DNA of 64,000 bases, taken from a virus. Its lineage: Duplodnaviria; Caudoviricetes. The stretch is from IMG/VR virus record IMGVR_UViG_3300044630_004720. One strand, given 5' to 3'. Shown one piece after another: positions 7,587 to 17,200 of the stretch. The notes under the pieces are model-generated. The model was not told the DNA's origin. It did no database searches and worked only from the letters and a program-made list of their open reading frames with translations. The first letter of the stretch is position 1, and every line of letters begins with the position of its first letter. A program made the translations under genes and the position numbers.

Positions 7587-10421
7587 ATGGCAAATTCAAA
7601 CAAAGTATTCGTATCTCCGGGTGTGTACACATCAGAGAAGGATTTAACATTTGTTGCACAGAGTGTCGGAGTAACAACATTGGGTTTAGCAGGTGAAACC
7701 TTGAAAGGTCCTGCAGAAGAACCCGTTTTGATTACCAATTTTGACGAATTCAAAACTTATTTCGGCCCAACATCTCCAGAAAAATTTGGGAATGGGAATC
7801 CGAAATACGAATTGGCATATGTAGCAAAGGCTTATTTACAAGAATCAAATCAACTATTCGTAACAAGAGTACTTGGACTTACGGGTTATAAACCCAATAA
7901 AACATTTGGTATCAAAACTATCGCAGGCGTAACCTTCGATTCAGATTCAACTCCTGTTGAAACTAGTGGTACTTTAATCTCTACCGTTACAGGTGTAACA
8001 GGTAGTACATTCTTTGCAGACTTATCAGGAAAAACAGCAACAACAGGAGATAGTGTTACTGATTTCATCGTAGAGGGAGTGTATTCTAATAATGAGTGGT
8101 TTACAATTGGTTTGGTACCTGAAGATGACACCGCTTTATTATCTGGTGACCAAATTGCAGGACCTATCGGTTCATACACTAACCAAAATTGGTATAACTA
8201 TTTCTACACAACTAGTGGTGGTGGAACTGTGAATGGTTTATATTCATATTTGTTTGTATACTCAGCATCAACATCAACTTTTGTTGTGACAAGATACAAT
8301 TACACAGGTGCAACCACAAATAATTTTGGTGACATTACCGTAGCGGCATTAAGACCAAGAGGTTCATATTCAACTGAAGTGTTGAATTTAGAAACAACAT
8401 CAAATTCTGCTTTCATTGTTACATCAGATACGTTAACAACCAATCCACTGAGTGAATTCACAATTAACGTTACAGGTGCTACAAGTGGAGCTAAAGAATT
8501 TACTTGTTCATTAGATACAACATCATCAAAATACATTACTAAGGTAATTGGATTGGATGTGTTCGATAAAAAAGCAGACGAAATTCCTGTTTATGTTCAC
8601 GAAGTATACCCTACTTTAATTAAGAAGTTATGGGAAAGAGGTGAAATACGTGGTTTAAGTCTTTCTGAGGTATATCATTCAGTTGGTGAAGATTTCTTAA
8701 CTGATTGGGATACACCGGCATCACCAATGGTGGTTTCTGAAGTTCGTGGTGGTAAGGTATCTGATTTATTCCAAGTGTTTACCGTATCAGATGGTAACTC
8801 AGCAAATACTGAAGTTAAAATTACTATTCTAAATGTGGACTTAGATACTACTGAATTTGATGTACTTGTTCGTGATTTCTACGATACTGACGATAATATG
8901 GTAGTATTGGAGAAATTTACAAGATGTACTATGGATTCAACTTTACCTGGCTACGTAGCAAGAAAAATTGGTACTGTAGATGGTGAATACGAATTACGTT
9001 CAAAGTATATTATGTTAACAATGGCGGAAGAACATCCTGAAGATGCAATCCCTGCTGGATTTAAAGGTTTTGTTACTGATTCATTATCAGGAACTACCTT
9101 GGGTGATGTTAAATACAAAACATCATTCTTAGAAGCTGGTGAAGCAACAGGAACATTCACTACATCAGGAGAACCTGTTTTAGCCGCACAAGCTGACAAA
9201 TTCAAGAAAGTATCATTAGGTATCTCATCTCAAATAGGTCTTGATACCGATTTATTAAAATATAAGGGTAAAAATCCTGACAAAGTAACCGTAGGATTCC
9301 ACTTATCAACAAACGCATCAAGTATTACAGGTAATACAATTACAGGTAAAGCATTTGAATGTACTCCATATGATTTGGAGGGTGTAAATAAGGGTAAGTT
9401 AGAATCTATTAACTTCCGTAAGTTTACTTTCGCAGTATGTGGTGGTTTTGATGGTTGGGATATCTACAGAAGTTCAAGAACTAACACTGACGGATATGTT
9501 TTTGGTAAAAGAACATATGTAAGTGGACATACAACTAACAGTGGTGTGTTTAGTTCAACTGTAGGTAACTCAGACTATTACGCTTACTTAAGAGGTATCG
9601 AATCGTACTCAAACCCTGAGGCTGTAGATATTAACATATTTGCAACACCTGGTATTAACTTTAAGGACCACAATTCTTTGGTTACACAGGCGATTGATAT
9701 AGTTGAAAACGATAGAGCTGACTCTCTTTATATCATAAACGCTCCAAATGTATCAACTTCGGACGAAATTGTTGATGATTTGGATATGGCGAATTTGGAT
9801 ACTAACTATTCAGCAACCTATTGGCCTTGGATTCAAGTTAGAGATAACGATAACTCTACTCAACTTTGGTTACCACCAACAGGAGAAGTAGTGAAGAACA
9901 TCGCTTTAACTGACAACGTATCTTATCCTTGGTTCGCAGTAGCTGGTTATTCAAGAGGTTTGGTAAACTCTATCAAAGCATATAAGAAGTTAACTCTTGA
10001 TGAAAGAGATACATTATATAAGAACAGAATTAACCCAATTGCAACTTTCTCTGACACTGGTACTATTATTTGGGGTAACAAAACCCTTCAGGTTAGAGAA
10101 TCTGCACTTGATAGAATTAACGTAAGAAGATTATTATTAAGAGCAAGAAAGTTAATTTCAGCAGTTGCTGTAAGATTGTTGTTCGAACAAAACGATGAAC
10201 AAGTAAGACAAGAGTTCTTAAGGTTGGTAAATCCAATTTTAGAAGCAATTAAAAAGGAAAGAGGTTTATATGACTTCCGTGTAACAGTATCAAATGACCC
10301 AGAGGACATCGATGCAAATACACTTAGAGGTAAAATTTACATCAAACCTACTCGCTCACTTGAATTTATCGATGTTGAATTCATTATTACACCAACAGGT
10401 GCTTCGTTTGAAAACATCTAA
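7587..10421 (+). CDS. gp18: Contractile tail sheath protein (gp18-like)
   Basis: N-terminal SPGVYTSEKDLT; C-terminal YWPW, PWFAVAG..RG, RINPI, WGNKT, RINVRRL, FEQND. Confidence 0.97.
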   Translation: MANSNKVFVSPGVYTSEKDLTFVAQSVGVTTLGLAGETLKGPAEEPVLITNFDEFKTYFGPTSPEKFGNGNPKYELAYVAKAYLQESNQLFVTRVLGLTGYKPNKTFGIKTIAGVTFDSDSTPVETSGTLISTVTGVTGSTFFADLSGKTATTGDSVTDFIVEGVYSNNEWFTIGLVPEDDTALLSGDQIAGPIGSYTNQNWYNYFYTTSGGGTVNGLYSYLFVYSASTSTFVVTRYNYTGATTNNFGDITVAALRPRGSYSTEVLNLETTSNSAFIVTSDTLTTNPLSEFTINVTGATSGAKEFTCSLDTTSSKYITKVIGLDVFDKKADEIPVYVHEVYPTLIKKLWERGEIRGLSLSEVYHSVGEDFLTDWDTPASPMVVSEVRGGKVSDLFQVFTVSDGNSANTEVKITILNVDLDTTEFDVLVRDFYDTDDNMVVLEKFTRCTMDSTLPGYVARKIGTVDGEYELRSKYIMLTMAEEHPEDAIPAGFKGFVTDSLSGTTLGDVKYKTSFLEAGEATGTFTTSGEPVLAAQADKFKKVSLGISSQIGLDTDLLKYKGKNPDKVTVGFHLSTNASSITGNTITGKAFECTPYDLEGVNKGKLESINFRKFTFAVCGGFDGWDIYRSSRTNTDGYVFGKRTYVSGHTTNSGVFSSTVGNSDYYAYLRGIESYSNPEAVDINIFATPGINFKDHNSLVTQAIDIVENDRADSLYIINAPNVSTSDEIVDDLDMANLDTNYSATYWPWIQVRDNDNSTQLWLPPTGEVVKNIALTDNVSYPWFAVAGYSRGLVNSIKAYKKLTLDERDTLYKNRINPIATFSDTGTIIWGNKTLQVRESALDRINVRRLLLRARKLISAVAVRLLFEQNDEQVRQEFLRLVNPILEAIKKERGLYDFRVTVSNDPEDIDANTLRGKIYIKPTRSLEFIDVEFIITPTGASFENI

Positions 10422-10443
10422 TCTAAAAGGAGATAAAACAAAG

Positions 10444-10471
10444 AAGGGGTTCCGAAAGGACCCCTTTTTTT
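10444..10471 (+). terminator. Rho-independent terminator after the sheath gene
   Basis: AAGGGGTTCC-GAAA-GGACCCCTT (one bulged T) followed by a T-tract. Confidence 0.85.
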
Positions 10472-10500
10472 ATATGGACACCATTATGGTGGGATAGAAA

Positions 10501-10516
10501 CGTTCCACGGGGAACC
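10501..10516. promoter_or_regulatory. parS-like palindrome
   Basis: CGTTCCACGGGGAACC; the 14-bp core differs from GTTCCACGTGGAAC at one position. Confidence 0.35.
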
Positions 10517-10549
10517 AAAATTTATAAAATTAATACCATTTTATTTTAC

Positions 10550-10637
10550 CCAGTATTATACTAGTATATTCTAGTACTAGTTTTCTAGTATTTATTATTA
10601 ATATTATTCATTCTAGTTCTTTTATCTGGTGCTCTAG
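10550..10637. repeat. AT-rich degenerate CTAG(T) repeat array
   Basis: CTAG at 10561, 10571, 10577, 10585, 10613, 10634, plus variants CCAGT (10550) and CTGGT (10626). Confidence 0.7.
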
Positions 10638-10716
10638 GAAAAAATACGAAAAAAAATTGAGAAAAACAAGCTTGACACAATAATTAACCTAAAAAAATTA
10701 TTTTCCGATTTCAACA

Positions 10717-10724
10717 TATTTATA
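10717..10724 (+). promoter_or_regulatory. Putative late promoter motif TATTTATA for the tail tube gene
   Basis: Downstream of the sheath terminator, 34 nt before the tube ATG. Confidence 0.55.
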
Positions 10725-10758
10725 GGAAAGTAATAATTAAAAACTTAACAAATACAAA

Positions 10759-11247
10759 ATGGCAGATTTATTAATGAAAATGCCGGTTCCTTACGAACCG
10801 AAAAGACAAAACCGATTCATTTTAAGATTCCCTTCATCATTGGGTATCAATGAATGGTACGTAACATCAGCGTCTAGACCTAAGGCTACGATTGCTGAAA
10901 CAGAAATTCCGTTTTTAAATACATCAACATACGTTGCGGGTAGATTCAAATGGGAATCTATATCAGTTAAATTTAAAGACCCAATTGGTCCATCAGCCGC
11001 TCAAGCATTAATGGAGTGGTTCCGTTTACACGCGGAATCAGTAACAGGTCGTATGGGATACGCTGCTGGTTATAAAAAAGATATTGAACTTGAAATGTTA
11101 GACCCAACAGGTGTTGTGGTTGAGAAATGGATTCTTCAAGGTACATTCTTATCAGGTTTGGATTTTGGTACATTAGACTATAGCCAAGATGCGTTAGCTG
11201 ATATCACTGCAACGATGAGAATGGATAGATGTATCCTTGTATACTAA
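10759..11247 (+). CDS. gp19: Tail tube protein (gp19-like)
   Basis: 162 aa after the sheath gene; EPKRQNRF, YVAGRFKWESISVKFKDP, GYKKDIEL, WILQGTF, LDYS. Confidence 0.95.
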   Translation: MADLLMKMPVPYEPKRQNRFILRFPSSLGINEWYVTSASRPKATIAETEIPFLNTSTYVAGRFKWESISVKFKDPIGPSAAQALMEWFRLHAESVTGRMGYAAGYKKDIELEMLDPTGVVVEKWILQGTFLSGLDFGTLDYSQDALADITATMRMDRCILVY

Positions 11248-11274
11248 TATTCCAAATAAACATATAATCTGTCT

Positions 11275-11306
11275 TAAAGGGGTCGATTTCGGCTCCTTTA
11301 TTTTTT
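11275..11306 (+). terminator. Rho-independent terminator after the tube gene
   Basis: TAAAGGGGTCG-ATTT-CGGCTCCTTTA followed by TTTTTT. Confidence 0.8.
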
Positions 11307-11350
11307 GCCTAAACTTTACTTTATCGTAGTTATTGTATAATATTAATACT

Positions 11351-12100
11351 ATGGAAGAATTAAGAATTGACCCAACTATTGCGTACGACGTTGTGGAGTT
11401 ACCAAGTAAAGGTATTTACTACTCAACACAAAAAAAATCATTAAGAATTGCTTATTTAACAGCGGCAGATGAAAATATTTTAGCCTCACCAAATTTAATC
11501 CAAACAAATTCTTTGGTTACTGAATTATTGAAAAGAAAAATCTTAGATAAAGATTTTGATGTTGATGATATGGTCGAGGAGGATAGACAAGCGGTATTAA
11601 TCTTTTTAAGAAATACAGCATTTGGTTCTGAATATAAAATGATTGTAACAGACCCAAAAACAGATAAGGAATTTACTTTTATGGCGGATTTATCGACACT
11701 TAAAATCAAAGATTTTAAATTAGAACCCGACAGTAATGGTGAATACAAGTATCTAATGAAAAAATCTAATGTTGATATCACCTTCAAATTTTTAACTAAG
11801 AAAAATGAATTAGAAATCGATAAAATAAGGGATAGTTGGAATGGAAATGGTGTTGCACCAATTATAACAAAACAACTTGAATTTATGATTAAATCGGTTG
11901 CAGGTAACAAAGACCCTATGAATATAAGAAATTTCATTGAAAGGTTACCAATCAAAGATTCTCAAGATTTTAGAAAATACATTTCTGAAAATAAACCGGC
12001 ATTAGACTTAACACAAAAAATTATGACCCCTTCAGGAGAAGAAATCCAAGTTGAAATTGGGTTTGGGGTAGAATTTTTTCGCCCTTTCTACGGAATATAG
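11351..12100 (+). CDS. Tail assembly chaperone / baseplate hub assembly protein (gp26-like)
   Basis: Between tube and tape measure; VELPSKG, LTAADENIL, C-terminal GVEFFRPF. Start placed at MEELRID. Confidence 0.6.
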   Translation: MEELRIDPTIAYDVVELPSKGIYYSTQKKSLRIAYLTAADENILASPNLIQTNSLVTELLKRKILDKDFDVDDMVEEDRQAVLIFLRNTAFGSEYKMIVTDPKTDKEFTFMADLSTLKIKDFKLEPDSNGEYKYLMKKSNVDITFKFLTKKNELEIDKIRDSWNGNGVAPIITKQLEFMIKSVAGNKDPMNIRNFIERLPIKDSQDFRKYISENKPALDLTQKIMTPSGEEIQVEIGFGVEFFRPFYGI

Positions 12101-12107
12101 GAAAGGA

Positions 12108-12230
12108 ATGCTCGATGAGATTCTCTATCTCGTCAGAAGAGGTTTTTCATACAATGACATATTAACTATGCCTGTTTATGTAAGAAGATATTATATCAAT
12201 TACATAATGGAAATAGAAAGTCCGAATTAA
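12108..12230 (+). CDS. Small chaperone-associated ORF (gp51-like or frameshift extension), absent from the ORF track
   Basis: MLDEILYLVRRGFSYNDILTMPVYVRRYYINYIMEIESPN in the +1 frame relative to the upstream gene; resembles the 'S..DI..MP...R..Y' second-chaperone motif. Confidence 0.6.
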   Translation: MLDEILYLVRRGFSYNDILTMPVYVRRYYINYIMEIESPN

Positions 12231-12243
12231 TCTATTTATAGGT

Positions 12244-14175
12244 ATGGCGAATATGGTTGATTATAGTAAATTCCCAAGTAACTTAGATTGGGCCTCATTC
12301 CAAATTGAATACCAAAAATCATTTTCAAAAGCGAATGGAGGTAAAACATTGGACCTTAACGATAAAAACGTTATGGAACAGATGAAAAGTGCGTTCGCAG
12401 GATACCAATCAACCGCCCCAAGTGCGGGTACAACTACAACAAAAACAACTAGTACAGGAGGAGGTATTGTAGGTGGAATAGTTGCGGGTATGAAAGAAAT
12501 GGGTGTCGACCAATCAAATAGAGGTTTCGATACAAGAGAACGAATAGGGATTGAAGGTGTTTTGGGTACTGTAATCGATACTAATACCGGAAAATTAAAA
12601 TCATTTTCAGAGATTATAGACAGTATTAAATCTGGAATTGGCGATGGTATTGTTCTACAACTTAAACAACAATCACAACTCCAAGCCAAAATCAATACTG
12701 AAACAGGACTAACAGGAGAATTATCCGAAAGTCTTAGAAGTTCAATTACTGAAGCATATCCTGCGGCGGTAAGATTGGGTTATTCGTTTGAAGATATTTC
12801 CTCAGCAATATCAAGTATGACTGCGGATTTAGGAAGATTTAGACTTCTTAATGAAGAAACTATGACCGATGTCGCAATGACAAGTAGAGTTTACTTTGAC
12901 TCTATGGAAGAAGGTGGTCGAGCAGCAAACTCGTTTCAAGACGTTTCAGTCGGAGCTAGAGATGCAATGTTAACAATACAAAAGGCGGGAAAATCATCGT
13001 TAGAATTAGGTTTAAACGCAAAAACAACATCAAAAGATTTAGTTGCAAATATTGGTAAGTTAAACGAATATGGATTTAACAAGGGAATTGATGGTTTAAA
13101 TCAAATGGTTCAAAAATCAGTATCTCTTAGAATGAATATGCAAAGTGTATTCACAATAGCAGAAAAAGTTATGGACCCAGAAGGTGCACTATCAATGGCC
13201 GCTGGATTACAAGCAATTGGTGGAGCATTTGGAACATTTAGTGACCCTATAAAAATGATGTATGATGCAACAAATAATGTTGAAGACTTACAAAATTCAT
13301 TAATTGGTGCTGCTGAAAGTTTAGCAACATACAATTCAGAACAAGGTAGATTTGAAGTGTCGGGTGCAAACTTAAGAAGAGCACGAGCTTTAGCTAAAGA
13401 ATTAGGTGTAGACTATAACGAACTTACAAAAATTGCCGTGAACGCCGCACAGAGAACATCTGCAGCCGCTGATATGATGGCGAATGGTTTAACATTTAAA
13501 AATGAAGAAGATAAGGAGTTTTTAACGAATCTTGCACAAATGAAAGACGGTAAGATGTCTATTGAAATTCCAAAAAATTTACAAAAAGAATTTGCAGGTG
13601 CAACATCTGTTGCATTAGAAGATATGACATCTAAACAATCTGAAACACTATTAAAATTCAGAGAAGAGTTTCAAGAAATGTCAACCGAAGATATTGCAAA
13701 AAAACAAGTAAGTTTAGTTGAAAATATTAATAGAGATGTAAACTTTTTAGCGGCACTTGCCAGAATTAGAGCAGGACAAACAGGTGAAAATTTAATAAAA
13801 CAATTAGGATTTGACCCAGCAGCGGCAGCAAAAGAATCCGCAAAAATGGCCAATGCCGCCGCATCAGGTATTGAAGTAGTATCAACCGCAGTAAACGATG
13901 GTATCAGAACATTAACGAATGCAGATGCAAGAGAAAAGGCCGCAGCTAAACCTACTGAACAAAAATCAGTACCGGTAGCAGAGGCTGAGAAAGCAAAAGC
14001 AGATGCGGAAAAAGCTAAAGCTCAGTCACAACAACAAACACAACAAAAAACTCAAATTGATATGAACATCAAATCGAATGTAGATGGAGATTCAGTAAGG
14101 AGAGCGGTACTAAATGACCCAACAGTTGTAGATAAATTTTTCTCTGAATTTAGTTATACTTCATTACCAAAATAA
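12244..14175 (+). CDS. Tape measure protein
   Basis: 643 aa, Ala/Gly-rich and helical-looking; canonical position after tube and chaperone; TATTTATA at 12233. Confidence 0.7.
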   Translation: MANMVDYSKFPSNLDWASFQIEYQKSFSKANGGKTLDLNDKNVMEQMKSAFAGYQSTAPSAGTTTTKTTSTGGGIVGGIVAGMKEMGVDQSNRGFDTRERIGIEGVLGTVIDTNTGKLKSFSEIIDSIKSGIGDGIVLQLKQQSQLQAKINTETGLTGELSESLRSSITEAYPAAVRLGYSFEDISSAISSMTADLGRFRLLNEETMTDVAMTSRVYFDSMEEGGRAANSFQDVSVGARDAMLTIQKAGKSSLELGLNAKTTSKDLVANIGKLNEYGFNKGIDGLNQMVQKSVSLRMNMQSVFTIAEKVMDPEGALSMAAGLQAIGGAFGTFSDPIKMMYDATNNVEDLQNSLIGAAESLATYNSEQGRFEVSGANLRRARALAKELGVDYNELTKIAVNAAQRTSAAADMMANGLTFKNEEDKEFLTNLAQMKDGKMSIEIPKNLQKEFAGATSVALEDMTSKQSETLLKFREEFQEMSTEDIAKKQVSLVENINRDVNFLAALARIRAGQTGENLIKQLGFDPAAAAKESAKMANAAASGIEVVSTAVNDGIRTLTNADAREKAAAKPTEQKSVPVAEAEKAKADAEKAKAQSQQQTQQKTQIDMNIKSNVDGDSVRRAVLNDPTVVDKFFSEFSYTSLPK

Positions 14176-14216
14176 TAAAAAAATAAGATAAAACCTATTT
14201 ATAGGAAACGTTAATA

Positions 14217-17200
14217 ATGCCAAGTTACTTAGATTTCAACTCGACTAAAAATTTTAGGGATTACATATTAGGAAAAAACATATCTACTCCTAATGGTCCC
14301 CAAACATTTAATGCGAGTGGATACGATGTACAAAAGACATCAGACTATGCCGTTATTGACTCTGGTACAGTCGAAAACGACAGAGACAACCAGTTATCCC
14401 AAACACAAAATGGTAATATTTTTAAACCATTAGAATATACAATAACAGATGTTATTGACACATTACCAAGAAGAATTAATTTACAATTATACCCATATTT
14501 TACAGGTAATTTAAATCATAATATCATTGGAATAATGTCCACTGACAATTATGATAATGAATCCGAACTTTTTAAGTTTGCAGCTAACAATATTAGAAAA
14601 AATCCACAAGGACCTGTATTTGCAAGAATACAACAAAATTTATATGCATCTACGGTAGGTAGAGCAAGATTATCAGACGCATTAAATGGTAATACCGCAA
14701 CTGCAATTAATATTCTTACAGGTAGAGAACCTTTAGTTGAATTCAATAATAAAATCACCGTTGCAAAGACATTAGCGGGTAAGGGTATTGATTTTTTACA
14801 AACAGTAGCGGGAGTTGAATTTCCATTTTCTGAAATACCCGGTGACTACCTATCAAACCCAAGAAATCCAATTAATGTAAGACCACAAGCAAAAAACGAA
14901 TTACAAGCAATATATCAAGATGTTACTGGTGCAATTGGTTCATTGTTAGGTATTCAAAGAAGACCTAAGTTGTCAAGAAAACCTTCAGACTTATTGATTG
15001 AATATATGGGAGAGGGTCAAAGACAAAGATTATATGATTTAATCTCATATTCAAAATATGGACCAAATTACACCACAAGTGCAAGGTCACAGAATTCATC
15101 CAAACTATTCAATTTTGCTGATAAAATTGCGTCAGGTGCAAAGTCACTTTTAGGATTAGAAGCTCCAAGAGCGGTGTCTTATATCGGAGATGATAGGGGT
15201 AATGATGTAAAATATGCGATGAATGATTTTAACGATAGACCCGTTAGAAGTTCATTTTACCTAAGTTCAATGTTTGATTCTGTTGCTGCGGGTCTTCTTC
15301 ATCAATCAAAAAATATTACAGAAGGAGGACCAATTGGTGGAAAGTTAACTTGGATTAGTAGAAAATCACAAAATAAAATAGGATTATATAATAAAGAATT
15401 TGCTTCTGAAGAAACACAATATACTGACTCAGCGTCATATAGATTTAGATTTAGAAACGATTCAATATTAGGTATAACACAAGAAATATTAGACACTTTA
15501 CCTACAAACGGATTAGAACAACATTCTCACGTCGCAAACGTCATCGACCAAACAAGTAGAATCTTTAGAGATGGTGGAAAATCTATGTCGAGAGGTTCTA
15601 ATGTAAAATACGTAGATAAGTTTAGTGGAGATGAAACGGGTGTAGAATATTGTAGAGTATGGACAAAAGATAGGTCACATCTAAATTATTCTGACACAAT
15701 GAAAAGAACAGGTTTAATACGAAAGTTCGATTCAAGTGTAATGACCGCCCCATATAATTTAAACATATATCCAAATTCTGATGGTAAATCATCATTTGAC
15801 CAATCGACAAATATTGTTAAAGGTAATGGTGGATTTTACGCAAAGAAATATATGTTTTCTATTGAGAACTTAGCGTGGAAAGCATCGAATGTACCGGGTT
15901 ATACCTATAACGATTTACCGTATTGTGAAAGAGGACCTAATGGAGGTCGCGTTATGTGGTTTCCACCATATGATTTAAAGGTATCGGAACAAAATAGTGC
16001 TAAATGGGAGGAAAATAGTTTCTTAGGGAGACCAGAACCGATTTACACATATCAAAATACATCAAGAGCTGGAACAATATCATTTAAAATTGTTGTTGAC
16101 CACCCAAGTATTTTAAACTTATTAGTTAGAGAACATTTTAAAAATATGTCAGATGATGAAGCTGACAATTATATTAACGCATTTTTTGCTGGGTGCAAGG
16201 ATTTAGATTTTTACGATTTAATTAGAAAATATACAACACTTGAACAAAGTGATATTGAAAAAATTCAGAATTATTTAAATTATTCAGGAGATAGACCAAC
16301 AATCGAAAGATTAAGAACTCAGATTGACCCGGTTAAAGAACCAAACAAACCCGACATACCTTCAACATCCACAGTATCAGGAAACACAACTAATACAACA
16401 TCCGAACCAATCGGAAAGAAGTTTATTTTATATTTTAAAAACGATTACCCAAAAATATTGAATAATAACGAATTAGATGGATTAAAATTTTCGGATGAAT
16501 ATAAGGCATATAAAAAAAATGCATACATTAAAGAACTAACAGACGGATTGATTAAAGAAAATGATGGTTTATTTAATACATCACACGCTTGGGGTCCAAA
16601 GAGTAAAAACGATTACAAGGTTTTGTACGGTGAAGAAATTACAACTTTTCCTGACACTGCTAAAATTGCAGAATTAACCGGAAGAACAATTACGGAAATA
16701 GATAAAGGTTTTGAGACATTAGAAAAAAACTATAATGAATTAAAAACATTTTTAACGGAGTTAAAAAAATTAATTAAAGAGAAAAAAATTCAAGAAGTTG
16801 AAGTGGCAGTATTTTCATCGACATCATTTGTTGCTGACGAAAATTATAACTTGAAACTTTCATTTAGAAGAAGTGCTAGTTTGATGAAGGAGGTTTTAGA
16901 AGGTATCAAAAACGAAACCGTAACCGAACAAATAAAAATAGATTGGAAAGGCGTAAACCCACAATCAACTGACAAAAAACTTGATGTAAATTATGGACCC
17001 ATCGATTTTAAAACATTAGGTTATGATATTCCTGGTCAAGTAAAATTTATTGGTGTCTCTAATAAAGGGGAACAATTTTCAGCACAAACCGCGGAGAATA
17101 AAAATGTTAACTGTCATAATTTAGAAATAAAGAGTAATAAAAATTTACAACGCACTGCGCCTGTAACATTTTGGTGTAGAGAAGCTAGTGTTGCAATTAA

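Noticed and set aside
10672-10700. TTGACA as a sigma70 promoter for the tube gene
   Set aside because: No acceptable -10 box at 16-18 bp spacing; the TATTTATA at 10717 is the better candidate.
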